A stretch of DNA of 64,000 bases from assembly GCF_009914755.1 (NCBI RefSeq), contig NC_060932.1. The stretch is one strand, 5' to 3'. The number at the start of each line of letters is the position of its first letter. Within the stretch, counting starts at the first letter, position 1. The translations under genes and the position numbers were made by a program. The notes beneath the pieces are model-generated. The model was not told the origin of the DNA, did no database searches, and saw nothing but the letters and a program-made list of their open reading frames with translations. This document shows, piece by piece, positions 59,303 through 64,000 of this stretch. The DNA comes from the human T2T-CHM13v2.0 reference genome, Homo sapiens.

Positions 59303-62300
59303 ATCTAACCTCTTTGCCTCAGTTTGCTTGTCTGTCAATGGGCATGCTAACTCCTGCTCCCAATGATCAGCAGTGGGGCTTAAATTCAAGAATGGCATGG
59401 AGAATTAAGCAAACAGTTGCTTAATTCATCAACATACTTTCCTTTCAGGGTTGCCTTGGAGATGCCAGGACATCTGTGAGGATGTGGCCTGGGTTTCAGT
59501 CCTAGAGTCCCAGCGAGGAGAGGGACACATGGAAAATGCTCAGCAAATGCCACCAAGGTTTCTGATTATCAGGCCCAGTGCGTCACCACTGGGGCCCTTC
59601 TCTCCACCAGCACTGTCTGTCAATGAGTAATGAGGGCCCAAGAGGGGCTACACAAATACCCTTCCAGTCCAGCAGACCCAGGAGAGTCAGAGGAGAGCTG
59701 GATCACAGGTGCCAGGCAAAGCCAAGGCCAGGATCTGCCCGAGGAAGAAAAGAACGTGACCCGTGACCCTGGGACCTGGGAGGGCAGTGGGCAGAGGCAT
59801 CTTCAGTAATCCGACACCACTTGAGAACTGTTCAACAGCCCCTGGGGGACTGAGGGGGACACACAGAGCCTGTGATTCCCAAAAACCTCAGTGGGGCAGC
59901 AGGAACGCTGGCCTAGGAATCAGGGCATGGGGACCCTGCCACTTTCCTATTCCATGACTCTGAGCAAGTCACTTCCTCTCTGGGCCTTGGTTTCTCCATC
60001 TGTAAAGTAGGCACAGTGTACGTCTATGGAGATCACGCTGTCCACAACAAACTTACAGGCAAATGGAAACCCAGGCAGGAAGGTGCTTCACCAAGACAAA
60101 AGGGCCACAGGGTCTTACCAAGGCCCTGCCAGGCTCAGCTCTGGCCAGATTAGCCCCGCACCTTGGACCAAGGCCCCCACTTCTGCCAGCCTCAGACTCC
60201 TGTCTGTTAAGACTAGTGCCTTGCTCCAGCTCTGCCACCCACCTGCACACCCTCTTGAGCAAACTCTCCTGGGCCCCGCCACAACTCCCACAGGGTGAGG
60301 CTGAAGGGGTATCCAGCAGAGAAACATCCATGATCTGTTCTAGAAGTTCCAGGTTCCGCCCACCAGGAAGAGCAGCCACAGGAAGGCAACAATGTAACCC
60401 TACACAGACACACCACAAAAACAGCACCAGGAACAGTATCTGTGGCACTAACTGGACTCTAAACCCGGTACTTCCTTTAAGCCTCACAGAAACCCTAGGA
60501 GGGAGGTGCCAGCATGTCACCATTTAACAGACGGGGAAACTGAGGCATCAAGAGGTTAAGATGTGTGCCCCAAGTCAGCAAGCATCAAGCTGGCTGCTTT
60601 AAGGTTAAAGCAACCTTAAAGGGAATGTTGACAATGATCTCACATTGCCCTAAATATATCCACAGTCCTCACCACCACCCGTGGCCCAGATACAACGTTG
60701 TAAGGTGGGCTGCACGTGACCATGAGGCTTTCAGCGTGTGGAGGTCAGCTGGGACAGTCACATGCCTCTCCTCCACCCTGCAGTCACCACTGAGCCATCA
60801 TGAGCAGGCTTGAGCTTTTGGCAAAACCAGCATCTTGAACTTTTCTCCCTTCACAACACCCAGAAGGTTCTCTGTTTTCAGCTCCCCCATAGTACCTTCC
60901 TAAGACGGCCAACTCAATGCTTTGGAAAAGCATTCACTCAGCACACTGTTTCACTTGCTCCTCAAGGAGGTTGCCCCGGGAGAGGCTGGGTATTATACCC
61001 AGTTCACAAATGGGTAACCTGAGGCTCAAAAACAAACACAAAGGCCCACTTGACTTCCAAAGGCCACATGTCTAGATTCCTCCCTACTGAGGGAAAGGTG
61101 AAAAACTCACTGGTTTGTTGTGGGTGCAGGTGTGGCACTCATTCCCTCGGGGGAGGGCGGACAACAGTCCCCTGGAGGCCTTCAGTGAAGCAGATAAAGG
61201 GAGAGCAGGCGGGAATTGCTGACAAGGGTAGCATCGATTGTCACCAACAGCAACTGGCCCAGATTCCACCCTCTGTAACATGCCTGGTTTTAAGGCCACA
61301 TGAAAGCCAGTGTTCTCTCCAGCACATTGTGCTCTTTATAGAACAGATTTTTAAAAGGAGGGAAAAAATCAACATGTGCTGTGGCTGTTTGCTGTAGCAA
61401 CTTCCCCAGAAAATTGCCGAGAACAGCACCATTTCTGCCTGAACCTCAAGGAAAACCACCTTGAGATAGGCCCTGGATAGCCCTGCCTTACTGTGGATAC
61501 AATCCTTTGTCATTTCTTTGCCCAAAGAGATTTTGAAGTCAAGCTACAAAGCAGTTCATGGGCTCTCTTGGTGTTTTCTGGCCCTTCTGAAACTCAAGGC
61601 CCTGGGGAGGGTGAGGAAGTTGGCAGTCTTCACGAACTGTCTTTCTTAACTAATCAACTCAGCAAACAATATGGGTGGATTCACTGGACCTTCAAGAAAG
61701 TTCCCTAGTTTAGAGGTTAGGGAACTGTATCAGAGCAATCAGAATCAAGGAAACAGTACAAATGTCAGAGAACAAAACCACAGTAGGAACTCCTCGAGGG
61801 CCCCTGTACTTTGCAGTGGAGCCTGAAACCCAGGAGGCATCAGTGATGTTTGATATTCAAGGAATGAAAAAGGGATCACTAAGAAGGTGAACCCCACTGT
61901 CTCCCTCTCAAACAAGCCAAAGCCGCATTCACTCCCTGGGTGTGGGTCCAGAGGGGCTGGAGCTGAAACTGAACTGCTGTGTGTTCAACTTGAGCACAGC
62001 ACCAGGGAGGTCAGCAAGAGTGTCCCAAACACAACAGCAGGAAGAGGGAGGTGTCAGGAATCTCGTCAGGGCCCACCTCTTTTCTGCAATACAACCGAGA
62101 TCTTCCTGGAGATTCTCAGTGGAGTTTTGGCAGCACGAGTAATTTGTTTGGCAGACAGAAGACGACCGTCTGAGGGGACGAGGTGAATAACTGGAAGTCC
62201 AAAGGAGGACACTGGTCTCCTTAGAGGATTATTTTGTGAAATTGCAAGACAGGCATGAGCTGCGCTGGATGGTCTGAGATAATTTGTGGAAATCACACAA

Positions 62301-64000
62301 ACGGAGCCAGTGTTAGCAGAGGACGAGGAAATGGCTTCCTCATACAGAACCCTTTGTCCCGAGATGGGATGCTAGCCACGCTAACAGGATCCTTCCCCAG
62401 AATGGTCTTGCAGTTTCCACCCTCCGGAATGGGCCTCCGATCTTGTCTATGCAAGATGGTCCAAGTTACTTCCTTAATCAGTGGAGATGTCCTTTCCACC
62501 ACCACTAACACAACACCTACTAAGGACAGGCTCTCAGGTTTCATGGGAGACATGGACAGGTCCCAGGAAGGACCCAACCCAGCCTCCCCTCCAGCAGAGG
62601 ACAGCCAAGGAGGCCTTTCTGGAGAAAGGAGGAGAGTTCCATGATTAAAAAGGAGGAAGGAGAGATGGTAAGCATTCCCAGCTGAGAGAGGCCATAGACC
62701 CACCTCTTAAATGGCCCTCTCACATCCATATTTGAAGAGGGTTACTTGGAATCTTCTTAGGTTCCGTGGGGGTGGGGCAGAGGGTGAAGGCAGGAGAACA
62801 AGGTGGAGACCTGGGCCCCCACCCACCTCTCTTCAAACAGAACTCTATGCAGATTTAAAATGTATAGCTGCAGAAAGTCTCCCCACAGATTTAAAGAAAG
62901 GAAAGATTAAACTGCTGGGGAGGGCACTCAAGGCCCCCAGACTGTTAAGGAGCCTCACTTTCTACCAGCTCAGTTGCAAGAAAACCCGCTGGACTCAAAA
63001 GGTCAGAGATGGAGCCCAGGCAGGTAGGGCATAGGCAGGTCTGCAAACAATGTTAGGTGGGAAAGTCAAAGATCTGGGTCAAAGAGACCTGCTTATGGCC
63101 CCGATTGTGTAATCCATTCCCATTCTGTAGTGCTGGGGCTTACGCCCCACCCGAGGGAGCCCAGGTTTCTTTTCACATGGCCCCCACCCCGAGAACACGG
63201 CTCCAGGTTGGCACCTACTCATGGCCCTCTACCTCTGCAGCCGCCTTCCTGTGGGGCCTCAGTGTCCCCAGCCCTTCTGCCTACCTGCCTGGGCTAAGTT
63301 CTCAGCCAAGACCGCTATCTAGCCTGCCTCTATCTCCAAGTTGAAAGATAAAAAGCAAGTGGACACGCGGTACTTCCATCACACAGCCATCAAGGGAGGC
63401 AGGAACAACAGCCTAGGGTGGATCCAGGAAACAAGCTCCTTCTCAAAAGGTGGGCCCAGAGGGTGTGGGTGGCCTCCAAGCGCAATGTTGGAGGGTGGAA
63501 AGGGCTCAGGAGGCTCACCTTGGGCAGAACCCCACTCACTGGACTCTGGACAGAAGAGTCACCAGCCTGAGCCTCAATTTTCTGACCTGAGAGGTGGAAA
63601 GAATGTCTTCTACCTCAGTTAGCTGATGTGATGCATTGAACCTCCAAGGCACTATAGCAAACAAGAGCTATTTACTGAGCACTCACTAATTCCCTGGCAC
63701 TGTGGACACAGGGTGGCCTGAAGGTACAGCGGCATGTATGACTACACCTTCCTTCTTCTCTCCCCTGTCATTCCAGAGCAGAGGTTCTCAACTCTGTCTG
63801 CCTGCAGGATACCCCATTCCCAACCCAGCCAAAGGAGCTTTGAAACAACAGCATATCCCCTGATGGAGAGAGAATCGCAGGAGACCGGGCCTGGAAATGT
63901 GCATTTCAGACAAGATTTTCATGACACTATTATGCAACCTACATAAGCTTAGCAAAAAGCAATACCTAGGTCAAGCATTTGCAGGCACTTTCACAGCCTT

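Noticed and set aside
54417-64000. NDRG1 exon 1 or promoter
   Set aside because: No CpG island or convincing first exon seen; the region reads as intron 1 and the promoter probably lies beyond the window.

Overview
Primate (human-like) genomic DNA, not prokaryotic: Alu, L1, MIR, MaLR and MER elements throughout. The main feature is NDRG1 on the minus strand. All 15 coding exons (exons 2-16) can be read directly and splice in frame to 1185 nt (394 aa, MSREMQDVDL...KSMEVSC), from ATG at 54398 to TAG at 8981. The 3'UTR is about 1.7 kb with AATAAA at 7292-7297. The non-coding exon 1 and promoter were not found and probably lie beyond the right edge. The first ~1.8 kb is probably the + strand 3'UTR of the convergent neighbour CCN4/WISP1 (from known gene order, not from coding sequence). 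Almost all ORF-track entries are chance or repeat-derived. I found no convincing new biological system. The best observations are: a non-canonical GC donor on the 36-nt exon 3, which is bracketed by inverted Alus; a 13 x 40-bp indel-free minisatellite in intron 9; a ~150-bp dispersed duplication in intron 3; a fold-back duplication scar in intron 8; a deletion cutting through a nested L1/LTR/Alu stack; a THE1 LTR with a duplicated TATA-like motif; and an E-box cluster next to a stop-free in-frame stretch of intron 15. Repeat subfamily names are by-eye matches to remembered consensus sequences and their boundaries are approximate.
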